This document shows positions 37,506 to 46,600 of a stretch of DNA of 64,000 nucleotides, in pieces. The position numbers were made by a program, and so were the translations under genes. Position 1 is the stretch's first letter. Each line of letters opens with the position of its first letter. Under the pieces are notes generated by a model that saw nothing but the letters and a program-made list of their open reading frames with translations, searched no databases and was not told the origin of the DNA. The DNA is from an uncultured Negativibacillus sp. (GTDB lineage Bacteria > Bacillota > Clostridia > Oscillospirales > Ruminococcaceae): assembly GCF_944388365.1 (NCBI RefSeq), contig NZ_CALXIN010000001.1, positions 24,776 to 88,775 on the forward strand. The letters run 5' to 3'.

Positions 37506-38081
37506 ATGGAGCAAGCACAAACACAAAAATCCGGCAGTACAAAGCCACAGGCGGAAATCTGTGACATCTATGATGTGTATGGCAACCGCACGGGAAAAAC
37601 CTTTGTACGGGGAGAACCGTTGTCTGACGGACAGTATGTCATGGTTGTGGATGTCTGGATTGTCAACAGCCGCGATGAGATTTTGATTCAAAAGCGTTCC
37701 GAACTGAAAAAGGATCTGCCAGGAACATGGGCAACGCACAGTGGATGTGTGCTGGCGGGAGAAAGCGCGCAGCAGGCGTGTATTCGGGAGCCGATGGAAG
37801 AAATTGGCATCCGGATTCTTCCGTCCCAGATTCATAAACTCAACCGAAAACTGCGCGGCAAGCTGCTCTCGGAAAATTTTGTAGTGGAACAGGATTTTGA
37901 TGCTGCCAAAGCTGTTTTGCAGGAGGAGGAAGTCAGCCAGATCAAATGGGTGACTGTCTCCCAGTTAAAACAGATGGCCAGCCGCAGGGAATTTTACCGT
38001 TATCCCGAATTTTTTGATGTTGTCAGATTTCTGGAGCAGCGTCGCAAACGAACATCAGCCCACAAAACCCCAAAAGAGTAA
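37506..38081 (+). CDS. Nudix hydrolase
   Basis: The region 'GCVLAGESAQQACIREPMEEIGI' is Nudix-box-like (GX5EX7REUXEEXGU). Confidence 0.8.
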   Translation: MEQAQTQKSGSTKPQAEICDIYDVYGNRTGKTFVRGEPLSDGQYVMVVDVWIVNSRDEILIQKRSELKKDLPGTWATHSGCVLAGESAQQACIREPMEEIGIRILPSQIHKLNRKLRGKLLSENFVVEQDFDAAKAVLQEEEVSQIKWVTVSQLKQMASRREFYRYPEFFDVVRFLEQRRKRTSAHKTPKE

Positions 38082-38117
38082 CGAGAGGACATTGATACGA
38101 TCAAGGAGGTATATTCT

Positions 38118-40055
38118 ATGATTCATGTAACATTGAAAGACGGCAGCGTCAAAGAATTTGAAGCAGGCGTATCCGTCATTGACGTAGCAAAAAGCCTGGG
38201 CGCAGGTCTTGCAAAAGCAGCCTGTGCAGGAAGAATCAACGGCGAAGTCGTTGACCTGAGAGCAGCAATCAACGAGGACTGCAATCTGGAAATCTGCACC
38301 TTTGATGACGAGGACGGCAAAAAAGCGTTCTGGCATACCGCAGCACATGTAATGGCACAGGCAATCCAGCACCTCTATCCAGAAGCTAAATTCGGCATCG
38401 GTCCTGCTTTGGATAATGGATGGTACTACGATATCGGCGGCGTAAAACCATTTACTCCGGATCAGTTTGCTGCCATTGAAGCAGAGATGAAAAAAATCGT
38501 CAAGGAAAATATTCCGGTAGAAAAACGCATCATCACCGTCGAAGAAGGCCGCACCATCTTTGCCGGTCAGGATTATAAACTGGAACTGCTGGAAGAGTAT
38601 GCAGAAAAAGGCTGGGAACTGAGCGTTTATACCCAGGGCGACTTTACCGACCTGTGTGCAGGACCTCATCTGATGAGCACCGGCACCATCAAGGCAGTGA
38701 AGCTGACACAGGCAACCAGCGCATACTGGAGAGGTGACTCCACTCGCGATACCATGTGCCGTATGTACGGCGTTGCTTTCCCGAAGGCAAGCGAGCTGGA
38801 AGCATATCTCAAACAGCAGGAAGAAGCGCTGCGCCGCGACCACAACAAGATCGGCCGTGAGCTGGAATACTTCACCACTGTTGATGTCATCGGTCAGGGT
38901 CTGCCGGTCATCCTGCCAAATGGTGCAAAGGTAATTCAGCAGCTGCAGCGCTGGATTGAAGACACCGAGGAAAAATGGGGCTACCAGCTGACAAAGACTC
39001 CTTATATGGCAAAACGTGAGCTGTACAAGATCAGCGGCCATTGGGATCACTATCTGGATGGCATGTTTGTACTGGGCGATCCTCACGACGAAACCAAGGA
39101 ATGCTTTGCACTTCGTCCAATGACCTGCCCATTCCAGTATCAGGTTTACCTCAACCGCGCACGTTCTTACCGTGACCTGCCGATGAGACTCAACGAAACT
39201 TCTACCCTGTTCCGTAACGAGGACTCCGGCGAGATGCACGGACTGATCCGTGTTCGTCAGTTCACCATTTCCGAAGGTCATCTGATTCTTCGTCCAGACC
39301 AGCTGGAAGATGAGTTCCGCGGCTGTCTGGAACTGGCAAAATATTGTCTGGAAACCGTCGGCCTTGCTGAGGATGTCAGCTACCGCTTCAGCCAGTGGGA
39401 TCCAAACAGAACCGATAAATACGAAGGCACCGCAGAGCAGTGGGAAGAAGCACAGAATGCAATGAAGAGAATTCTGGATCATCTGGGCCTGGATTACAAA
39501 GTCGGTGTAGACGAGGCTGCTTTCTATGGTCCAAAACTGGATATCCAGATCAAGAACGTTTTCGGCAAGGAAGATACCCTCATTACCATCCAGATCGACA
39601 TGCTGCTGGCTCAGAAGTTTGGCATGACCTATGTTGGAGAAGACGGCAAAGAGCATTATCCATACATCATCCACCGTACTTCGATCGGCTGCTATGAGCG
39701 TACTCTGGCTCTGCTGCTGGAAAAATATGCCGGTGCTCTGCCAACATGGCTGATGCCGACCCAGACAATGATCGTTCCAATCAGCGAAAAATATCATGAT
39801 TATGCACATGAGGTCCTGGAGAAACTCCGTGCAGCTGGTATCCGTGCAGAAGCAGACTGGCGCTCTGAAAAGATGGGCTACAAGATCCGTGAGGCACAGC
39901 TGAAGAAGATCCCATATATGCTGGTTGTTGGCGAAAAAGAAGCTGCCGATGGCACTGTTTCGGTTCGTACCCGCAAGGGCGGCGACAATGGTGTCATGAA
40001 GACAGAAGAATTTATCGAGCTGATTGTCGAAGAGATTCGCTCCAAACAGAGATAA
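38118..40055 (+). CDS. thrS: Threonine--tRNA ligase
   Basis: TGS domain at the N-terminus, editing-domain 'HTAAHVMAQA', class II core 'FRNEDSGEMHGLIRVRQFT', and a C-terminal anticodon-binding domain. Confidence 0.96.
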   Translation: MIHVTLKDGSVKEFEAGVSVIDVAKSLGAGLAKAACAGRINGEVVDLRAAINEDCNLEICTFDDEDGKKAFWHTAAHVMAQAIQHLYPEAKFGIGPALDNGWYYDIGGVKPFTPDQFAAIEAEMKKIVKENIPVEKRIITVEEGRTIFAGQDYKLELLEEYAEKGWELSVYTQGDFTDLCAGPHLMSTGTIKAVKLTQATSAYWRGDSTRDTMCRMYGVAFPKASELEAYLKQQEEALRRDHNKIGRELEYFTTVDVIGQGLPVILPNGAKVIQQLQRWIEDTEEKWGYQLTKTPYMAKRELYKISGHWDHYLDGMFVLGDPHDETKECFALRPMTCPFQYQVYLNRARSYRDLPMRLNETSTLFRNEDSGEMHGLIRVRQFTISEGHLILRPDQLEDEFRGCLELAKYCLETVGLAEDVSYRFSQWDPNRTDKYEGTAEQWEEAQNAMKRILDHLGLDYKVGVDEAAFYGPKLDIQIKNVFGKEDTLITIQIDMLLAQKFGMTYVGEDGKEHYPYIIHRTSIGCYERTLALLLEKYAGALPTWLMPTQTMIVPISEKYHDYAHEVLEKLRAAGIRAEADWRSEKMGYKIREAQLKKIPYMLVVGEKEAADGTVSVRTRKGGDNGVMKTEEFIELIVEEIRSKQR

Positions 40056-40061
40056 AACCCG

Positions 40062-40101
40062 AAAAAAATCCCCTTTCCAACCCTTGGAAAGGGGATTTTT
40101 G
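40062..40101 (+). terminator. Rho-independent terminator
   Basis: atcccctttccaa-ccc-ttggaaaggggat followed by tttt. Confidence 0.8.
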
Positions 40102-40174
40102 CGTGTGCCGTCGAATTTGGCGAAAGGATATTTTTACAAATAACAAAAGTTTTCTTTATTTTCGCAAACAATTC

Positions 40175-40203
40175 TTGCACTCGTCGAGTATTTCCTCTAT
40201 AAT
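40175..40203 (+). promoter_or_regulatory. Sigma-A-type promoter upstream of the 1076-aa fusion gene
   Basis: TTGCAC, 17 nt, TATAAT. Confidence 0.5.
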
Positions 40204-40281
40204 TACACTTGAACAGATATGTAAAAAAACGAACCGACAGTATTTTCTGCCAGTTTTTGGACGTTAGGAAGGAATGAATCG

Positions 40282-43200
40282 GTGAATCATAAAGTATTGT
40301 TACTAAACGCCGGTTATTCCCTTCGTGGGCTGATGAGGAAAAATCCCAATCTGCGCGATCAGTTTGCGCTGCTGGGAATCGACTTTGCAAACGAAGTGGT
40401 AATAACCGACCGAAATCAGCTGATTAACCAGATCAGCCAATCGGTAAAAGAGAATAAACTGCTTTTAATTGTAGATAATGCTCCTCAGCTGCAAGCCAGA
40501 GAGATTTTAGCACAGGGGTTTAATAAGCCGCTGCATAAGGACCCCACAGCGGTGGAAAATTTGCAGCTGTACTGCAGCAAAACCGGACGCGGAAACACAG
40601 AAGAGATGCTGCGCGGTACGATGATCCCACAGGGAGCAACGGTGCTCAGCGATCCTGCCTGCGCGCAGGCAGGATTTGTCATGTCTTATCCTTCGATCAA
40701 CATCGTGCTGGTGTCCGGTCCATCGCAGTCAACACTGCGCCTGATTGTCAACCAGCTTTATCCTGTGTTGCTCGGGAAATTTTTCCCTGGAGCCGTCATG
40801 GTGGACATTCCCCTCAAAGAGGGAAGAGAAGAGGATGTCCAGGATTACATTGAGCGGGTACAGGACCGTTTGTATGATTTTTTGCCGCTGCTGGGAGGGA
40901 CCGCAGATAATCCCGTGCTTCGTCTGATCGCAGTCAAGGAGGACGAAAAGTCTTCCCGCCAAAGCTGCAACAGCTTTTTGGAGGATCTGGTCAGCGAGTG
41001 CGGCAATGTTACGACCATTGCCCGCATTGGCATGAAAGGGCTGCGCGCTGTTGAGAAAAAACAGAAAAAATCGGCGGCAGTACCGACCGACTTTGCACAG
41101 CCGGCAACGGGGGATCATCCGTATGCGCCTATACAGCAAAGAGAACTGGCTTCTCAACAGAAGAGCAGCATCTATGCTGTAGGTGGAACAGTCGCCGCTG
41201 TGCAGCCAGAGCGTTCCACAGAAGGCATGATGCAGCAGTCATCCGGTCTGACGGACGATTATCTGATCGACGGTGATGACTTCTCGGACGATCAGGACGA
41301 TTGGGACGAGGAAACCGAGTGGGAAGAAAAACCCAAGAAAAAGAAAAAAGAAAAAAAGGTGAAGAAAAAAGAGCGGGACTACGAAGAAGAAAAACCGCGC
41401 CGTTCACCGATTATCAAGCTGTTGCTGCTTCTCTTTGTTCTGATTTTCTTAGGCTCGGTCGGCTATCTGGGCTATTATTATTGGAAATCTGCGCAGAACC
41501 GCAGTACATATGAGTCGCTTCGTGAGGTGTATGACAGCACAACGCTGTTTGCTCCGCCAGGTTATCCATCTGACTATGATAAGTCCTTTGCGGCTCTGTG
41601 GGAGATTAATCCTGATATTGTCGGATGGATCAGCATTGATGACACAGATTTGGACTATCCGGTCGTTCAGACAACCGATAATACAAAATACTACCGCATG
41701 AACTTTGAAGGCGAATACAGTGAGCATGCAGTGCCGTTTGTAGATACCGAGGTTGACTTGAAAGCGCCGAGCTCCAATATTATCATCTACGGCCACAATA
41801 TCCGCACCGACGGACAGATGTTCAACATTCTGAAGGGCTACAAGGATCTGGAATATTACCAGCAGCATCCGGTGGTTCAGTTTGACAGCGTTTATCATGA
41901 GGGAGAGTATAAGATCTTCTCCATCTTCTATACCAATACCAATGCTTCTCATGGAGAGATTTTCCCTTACCATGAGTTTATCAACGCACAGAGCACCGAG
42001 GAGATGCAGAACTACATCGACGACGTCATGATCCGCAGTATCATCAATACCGGCGTGGATGTTCTGCCGACCGATCAGCTGCTGACCCTGTCGACCTGTT
42101 CCTATGAATTTGATGATGCCCGTTTCGTCATCGTGGCAAGAAAGGTGAGGGACGGTGAGAGCTCCTCGGTGGATACCTCTCAGGCAACCATGAATCCGAC
42201 ACCGCTCTATCCAGATATTTGGTACCAGCTGTTTGGCGGCACCAAACCGGATGAAGCACAGCTCAAGGCAAATCTGCCGCAGTACTCTTCGTCGGCACAG
42301 GCTGAGGAACCACAGGACACCGTTTCTGCACAGCTGGATGAAACACCGATGGAGATACAGGATGAGGAAGGTACCTTCAGTGAGCTTGCCGATGTAAAGT
42401 ACGCACAGACTGCACAGCAAACGCCCGCGCCGCAGGAGCAAACGGTGGCAGTCCAGAGCGAGGCAGAGCCGACGCAGGAGGAAACAACGACGCAGTCGGA
42501 ACCTCCGGTGCAGGAAAGCCAGCCGGAACCTCAGGTGATGTCCGAACCGGAACAGCCCGAGCGGGAAGAATCCACGGCGCCGCAGGAGCAGGATCAAAAG
42601 CAGCCGGAACCGGAGCAGCCTTTGGAACAGGAAGTGCCTGAGGAACCGGAGCAGACAGAACCGGAGCTTCCGGATAAGATACAGACAGTACAGGAGGAAG
42701 AAGAACCTTCTATGGAAGAACCGAACCGTATCGTGGATTCTTCCAGCCTGCCAACACTGTCCGTCCAGATCAACGGCAGCACCGTCCGAGGTTCTGCTGA
42801 AGAGATTGTAGGACGAATGGTGGAAGCGGAGATGGGACCTACCTTCCAGACAGAGGCACTCAAAGCACAGGCTGTTGCCGCTTATACCTATGTGCTGTAT
42901 CACAATGAGCAGGGAACCAGCCCGTCGGTGGTTGCTAAGGATAGCGTTTCTTCCAAAGTGGCATCCGCAGTCCAGTCGGTACTGGGACAGGCTTTGTACT
43001 ATAATGGTTCTTATATCAATTCTACCTACTGTGCCTCCAATGCAGGATATTCGATGGACGCCCAGCATGTTTGGGGAAGTTATGTCCCCTATCTGGTCAG
43101 CGTAGAAAGCCCTGGAGATACCACACTGAAGGCCTACGGAGCCACCAAGACCTTCTCAGAAAGTCAGATGGCGCAGTATATTGAGGATTACCTGAATGTG

Positions 43201-43512
43201 GACCCATACAGCTGGGGAAGCCCAGAGGACTGGTTCTCCAATCCAGGGTATATCAATGGGCAGTATGTGGATACCATTGAAGTCTGCGGGCAGACAATCA
43301 CCGGCAGAAAGGTGCGGGAAAATCTGCTGAAGGCGCAGATCAACTCCGCGGCCTTTGAGGTTACATACGACGGAAACAGCTTCACCTTTACGACCTATGG
43401 CTATGGCCATGGCGTTGGTATGAGCCAACAGGGTGCAGACTATTATGCACAGCAGGGATGGAGCTATCAGGAGATTTTGACCCATTATTATACCGGTGCG
43501 CAGCTGCACTAA
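40282..43512 (+). CDS. Multidomain membrane protein: CinA-N/MoCF-like, TM helix, class-B sortase domain, P/E/Q-rich linker, SpoIID domain
   Basis: - aa ~1-170 are colinear with the CinA N-terminal domain ('MIPQGATVLSDPACAQAGFVM...IVLVSGPSQS').
- TM helix at nt 41407-41484.
- Sortase B at nt 41587-42156 ('NPDIVGWISIDDTDLDYPVVQ', 'IIYGHNI', 'LTLSTC', 'RFVIVARKV').
- SpoIID at nt ~42754-43509 ('EALKAQAVAAYTY', 'GYGHGVGMSQQGA'). Confidence 0.8.
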   Translation: MNHKVLLLNAGYSLRGLMRKNPNLRDQFALLGIDFANEVVITDRNQLINQISQSVKENKLLLIVDNAPQLQAREILAQGFNKPLHKDPTAVENLQLYCSKTGRGNTEEMLRGTMIPQGATVLSDPACAQAGFVMSYPSINIVLVSGPSQSTLRLIVNQLYPVLLGKFFPGAVMVDIPLKEGREEDVQDYIERVQDRLYDFLPLLGGTADNPVLRLIAVKEDEKSSRQSCNSFLEDLVSECGNVTTIARIGMKGLRAVEKKQKKSAAVPTDFAQPATGDHPYAPIQQRELASQQKSSIYAVGGTVAAVQPERSTEGMMQQSSGLTDDYLIDGDDFSDDQDDWDEETEWEEKPKKKKKEKKVKKKERDYEEEKPRRSPIIKLLLLLFVLIFLGSVGYLGYYYWKSAQNRSTYESLREVYDSTTLFAPPGYPSDYDKSFAALWEINPDIVGWISIDDTDLDYPVVQTTDNTKYYRMNFEGEYSEHAVPFVDTEVDLKAPSSNIIIYGHNIRTDGQMFNILKGYKDLEYYQQHPVVQFDSVYHEGEYKIFSIFYTNTNASHGEIFPYHEFINAQSTEEMQNYIDDVMIRSIINTGVDVLPTDQLLTLSTCSYEFDDARFVIVARKVRDGESSSVDTSQATMNPTPLYPDIWYQLFGGTKPDEAQLKANLPQYSSSAQAEEPQDTVSAQLDETPMEIQDEEGTFSELADVKYAQTAQQTPAPQEQTVAVQSEAEPTQEETTTQSEPPVQESQPEPQVMSEPEQPEREESTAPQEQDQKQPEPEQPLEQEVPEEPEQTEPELPDKIQTVQEEEEPSMEEPNRIVDSSSLPTLSVQINGSTVRGSAEEIVGRMVEAEMGPTFQTEALKAQAVAAYTYVLYHNEQGTSPSVVAKDSVSSKVASAVQSVLGQALYYNGSYINSTYCASNAGYSMDAQHVWGSYVPYLVSVESPGDTTLKAYGATKTFSESQMAQYIEDYLNVDPYSWGSPEDWFSNPGYINGQYVDTIEVCGQTITGRKVRENLLKAQINSAAFEVTYDGNSFTFTTYGYGHGVGMSQQGADYYAQQGWSYQEILTHYYTGAQLH

Positions 43513-43557
43513 AAACATAAAAAAGGCATGCACTTTCGTGCATGCCTTTTTTATGTT
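43513..43557. terminator. Terminator hairpin (21-bp perfect arms) in the convergent spacer
   Basis: aaacataaaaaaggcatgcac-tttc-gtgcatgccttttttatgttt. Confidence 0.8.
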
Positions 43558-43576
43558 TCCTGTTTTTCCGAGAAAG

Positions 43577-43612
43577 AAAAACCACCAACCCTTTTAGGGT
43601 TGGTGGTAAAGT
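43577..43612 (-). terminator. Terminator of the minus-strand giant gene
   Basis: accaccaaccct/agggttggtggt, with a U-run on the minus strand. Confidence 0.75.
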
Positions 43613-43616
43613 TTTA

Positions 43617-46600
43617 TTATCCGCGCTGGCTGTCGGATTCACCGTAGCCATAACCGGAATTGGTGCCATATCCACCGCCCTCAACAGTGACGGTAATCGT
43701 GGAAGTCTGCTGTTTTCCGGTGGATTTTTCAGTAGCAGTGATGGTAACGGTGGCAGTACCTGGGCTGACACCGGTTGCAATACCGTTGTTGTCTACATGA
43801 ACGACGTTGGAATCGCTGGAGGAGCACTGAACGGAAACGTCGCTGGCAGCCAGTTCAATACTGATGTCCAGCTCAACCGAAGAACCAACACTAACGGAGG
43901 CATCCTTTGCGGACAGACCTAAATCGGCCTGCTGATGCTGGTTGTTGTTCTGATTATTCTGGTCGCTCTGGTCGGTATTCGAGCCGCTGCTGGAGGAGGA
44001 ACCATTGGTACCTACGACGGTGACAGTGGTTTGAGAGGTGACGCTGCCGTCCTTTGTCGCCATGGTGATGGTGACGTCGGTCGTTTGATCCAGCGAATTG
44101 ATGGTGGTAACATAACCGTTTTCGTCGACATCCGCAATACGAGGATCGCTGGAGGTCCAGACAATTTCGGTGTTGGAAGGCTCGACCTTGTATTGCAGCT
44201 GAGCTTCCTCACCAGGATTCAGAACCAACGGATTTGCACTCATCTTAACCGAAGCGGTAGAGGTGCCCTCTGCCTTGACGGTAATGGTACAGCTTGCGGT
44301 CAATCCCGTGGAAGTAGTCGCTGTCAAGGTGGCCTGACCGGCAGATTTTCCGGTGATGATGACATCGGTGTCGGAATATCCGTCCTGAACGCTGATGGCA
44401 TCGCTGCTGGAGGAGAAGGTAACTTCGCCGACATCAGCGTTGGTCGGTGTGATCGACAGCTTGATGTTCTGCGCCTGACCGACGGTGAGTGTCAGGCTGC
44501 TCTGTGCAAAGACAGCCTGCGGATGGGAAGCATCCGCACCGCCTGCTGCAACGGTGATCTTGCAGGTTGCACTGTATTTTCCGTCGGAGGTAGTTACAGT
44601 GACGTCCGCAGTACCCGCCTTGACCGCAGTGAGCGAAGCTGTGGTGTCTCCGCTGGAGCTGACGCGAACGATGCTTTCATCGCTGCTCTTCCAGTTTAAA
44701 CTTGCCTGTGCGCCAGATGGCTGCAAGGTGGCAGTCAGAGTGGCAGTACCTTCCGGTTTCATTGCCAGAGCGCTGGTGTTGAGAGAGATACCGGTCGGCT
44801 CTTTGCCGTCGCTCTTGACGGTGATGGTGATATAATCAATATAGCCGCCATCGTCTGCCGTTACGGTAATCTGCGTGGTTCCTGCGCCAACAGCGGTGAC
44901 AAGACCGGTCGTTCTGTCTACCGTTGCGACCGAGGTGTTGCTCGAATCCCAGGTACAGGACTGAATTGCTGCATCGGACGGGCTGACCTTAGCGGTGAGG
45001 GTGGTAGTATCGCCCACCTTCATGCTCAGTTCACGGTCACCCTGGATAGTGATGCTCTTTACCTGACCGAGTTTCTTTGCGTATTCGGCAGCGTTAGCAT
45101 AGACTGCCGGATAGTATGCGTCCTCGTTGATGACTGCCTGATCGACATCAACACTGGCGTCTTCGCCATCACGAACTCTTCTGGCAACAACAACAAAACG
45201 TGCATCGGTAAACTCGTATGTACAGGTGGAGAGGGTCAGCAGTTCATCGCCGTATTTGACGTCGACAGGAGTGTCGAAAATGCTGCGGCGGCGAACTTCG
45301 TCGATAAATTCGTTGAACTCCTCTTCGCTCTCTGCATTAACGAAGTGGTTATACTGGAAAACGTTGCCGTTGTCGTGCTCTGCGGTGTTGTTGGTGATAA
45401 AGGCACCGATGATTTTGTAGGTGCCGGTCTTATAGACACTGTCAAAGCTGACGGTTGGATACTGCTGATAGAAGGAGAGCTGCTTATATTTGGTCAGGTC
45501 GTTGAACATCTGACCATCGTTGCGGATATTGTGTCCGTAGATGATGATATTGGTGCTTGGGGTTTTGACATCGCACTCATAGTCGATATATGGAGTACCA
45601 TAGTAGTCGTACTCGCCATCAAATCCCAAACGGCTGTAGTAATCATTGTCTGCCGCCTGCACAACAGGGAAATTGACGTTGGTGCCATCAATTTTCAGCC
45701 AGCCTTTGATATCCTCATTCTGCAGATAGAAAGGATAGAATTTTGGCAGATAGTCGTTAGGATAACCTTCGATGTTGGAGGCGTTGATTTTGCCGTCGGC
45801 AACGTCTTTTTCTGCCTGTTCCATCTGATCCTGAAGATTTGCCAGGTTTTCCTGCGACTTTTTATTCTGGGCATTGAAGTCGACCAGATAAAAGACCGAG
45901 CTGCAGAATACCAGCAGACAAATCCACATCAAAACCTTGCGGATCTTGTCAAAGGTGCTGTCGTCCTTGTTAGGGAAGATACGATATAAAATTCCTTTAA
46001 AGCCTTTTGGAGCTTTTGAAGGAGCCTGCGATTTTTTCTTTCCTTTTTTGCCGGTAGCTTCCAAAGGAGCATCCTCGGAAACGGCCAAAGCTCCCGAAGC
46101 GGCAGCAGCCATACCTTCCAGAACAGCTTCTTCAGCGTCACAGCTGTCAACAGGAGCCTGTGGATAGCTGGCGGCCAGTTTGCGGGCAAGATTAAACATT
46201 TTTGCAACAGCATCTTCGGTCATCTGGGTCAGAGAACGATAGTTGGAGGCATCCAGCTCCTGCATCATGCAGACACCGTTCAAGACAGCGGCGATATACG
46301 CCTTGCGTGTTTTGAATACGGCGTTTGGCAGAGTGATAGCAAGACCCAGCAGATCTTTTTCCTCCTGTTTAGAGGCACCCAGAGCCATGGCAGCAGCAAC
46401 GTTTGCGCTGACTGGACCAAAGGTCTGACCGATCTTATCGTTGATGCCCAGCTTCTCCAGATCCATCTGTTCCGGCTGGCAGGCATAGGTCGAATAGACC
46501 AGTTTTTTCTCCTTATCTACATTCAGGAACCGTTTTGCAGCCAGTCCGGCAGAACCGGATTCCGCAAAAGCAATGCGGATGTTTTTGCTGGCACACAGCA

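Noticed and set aside
42290-42740. Repetitive-looking CAG/GAA/CCG-rich DNA, considered as a possible tandem repeat or CRISPR-like array.
   Set aside because: There is no exact repeat unit and no repeat-spacer periodicity. It encodes the in-frame P/E/Q-rich linker of the fusion protein.
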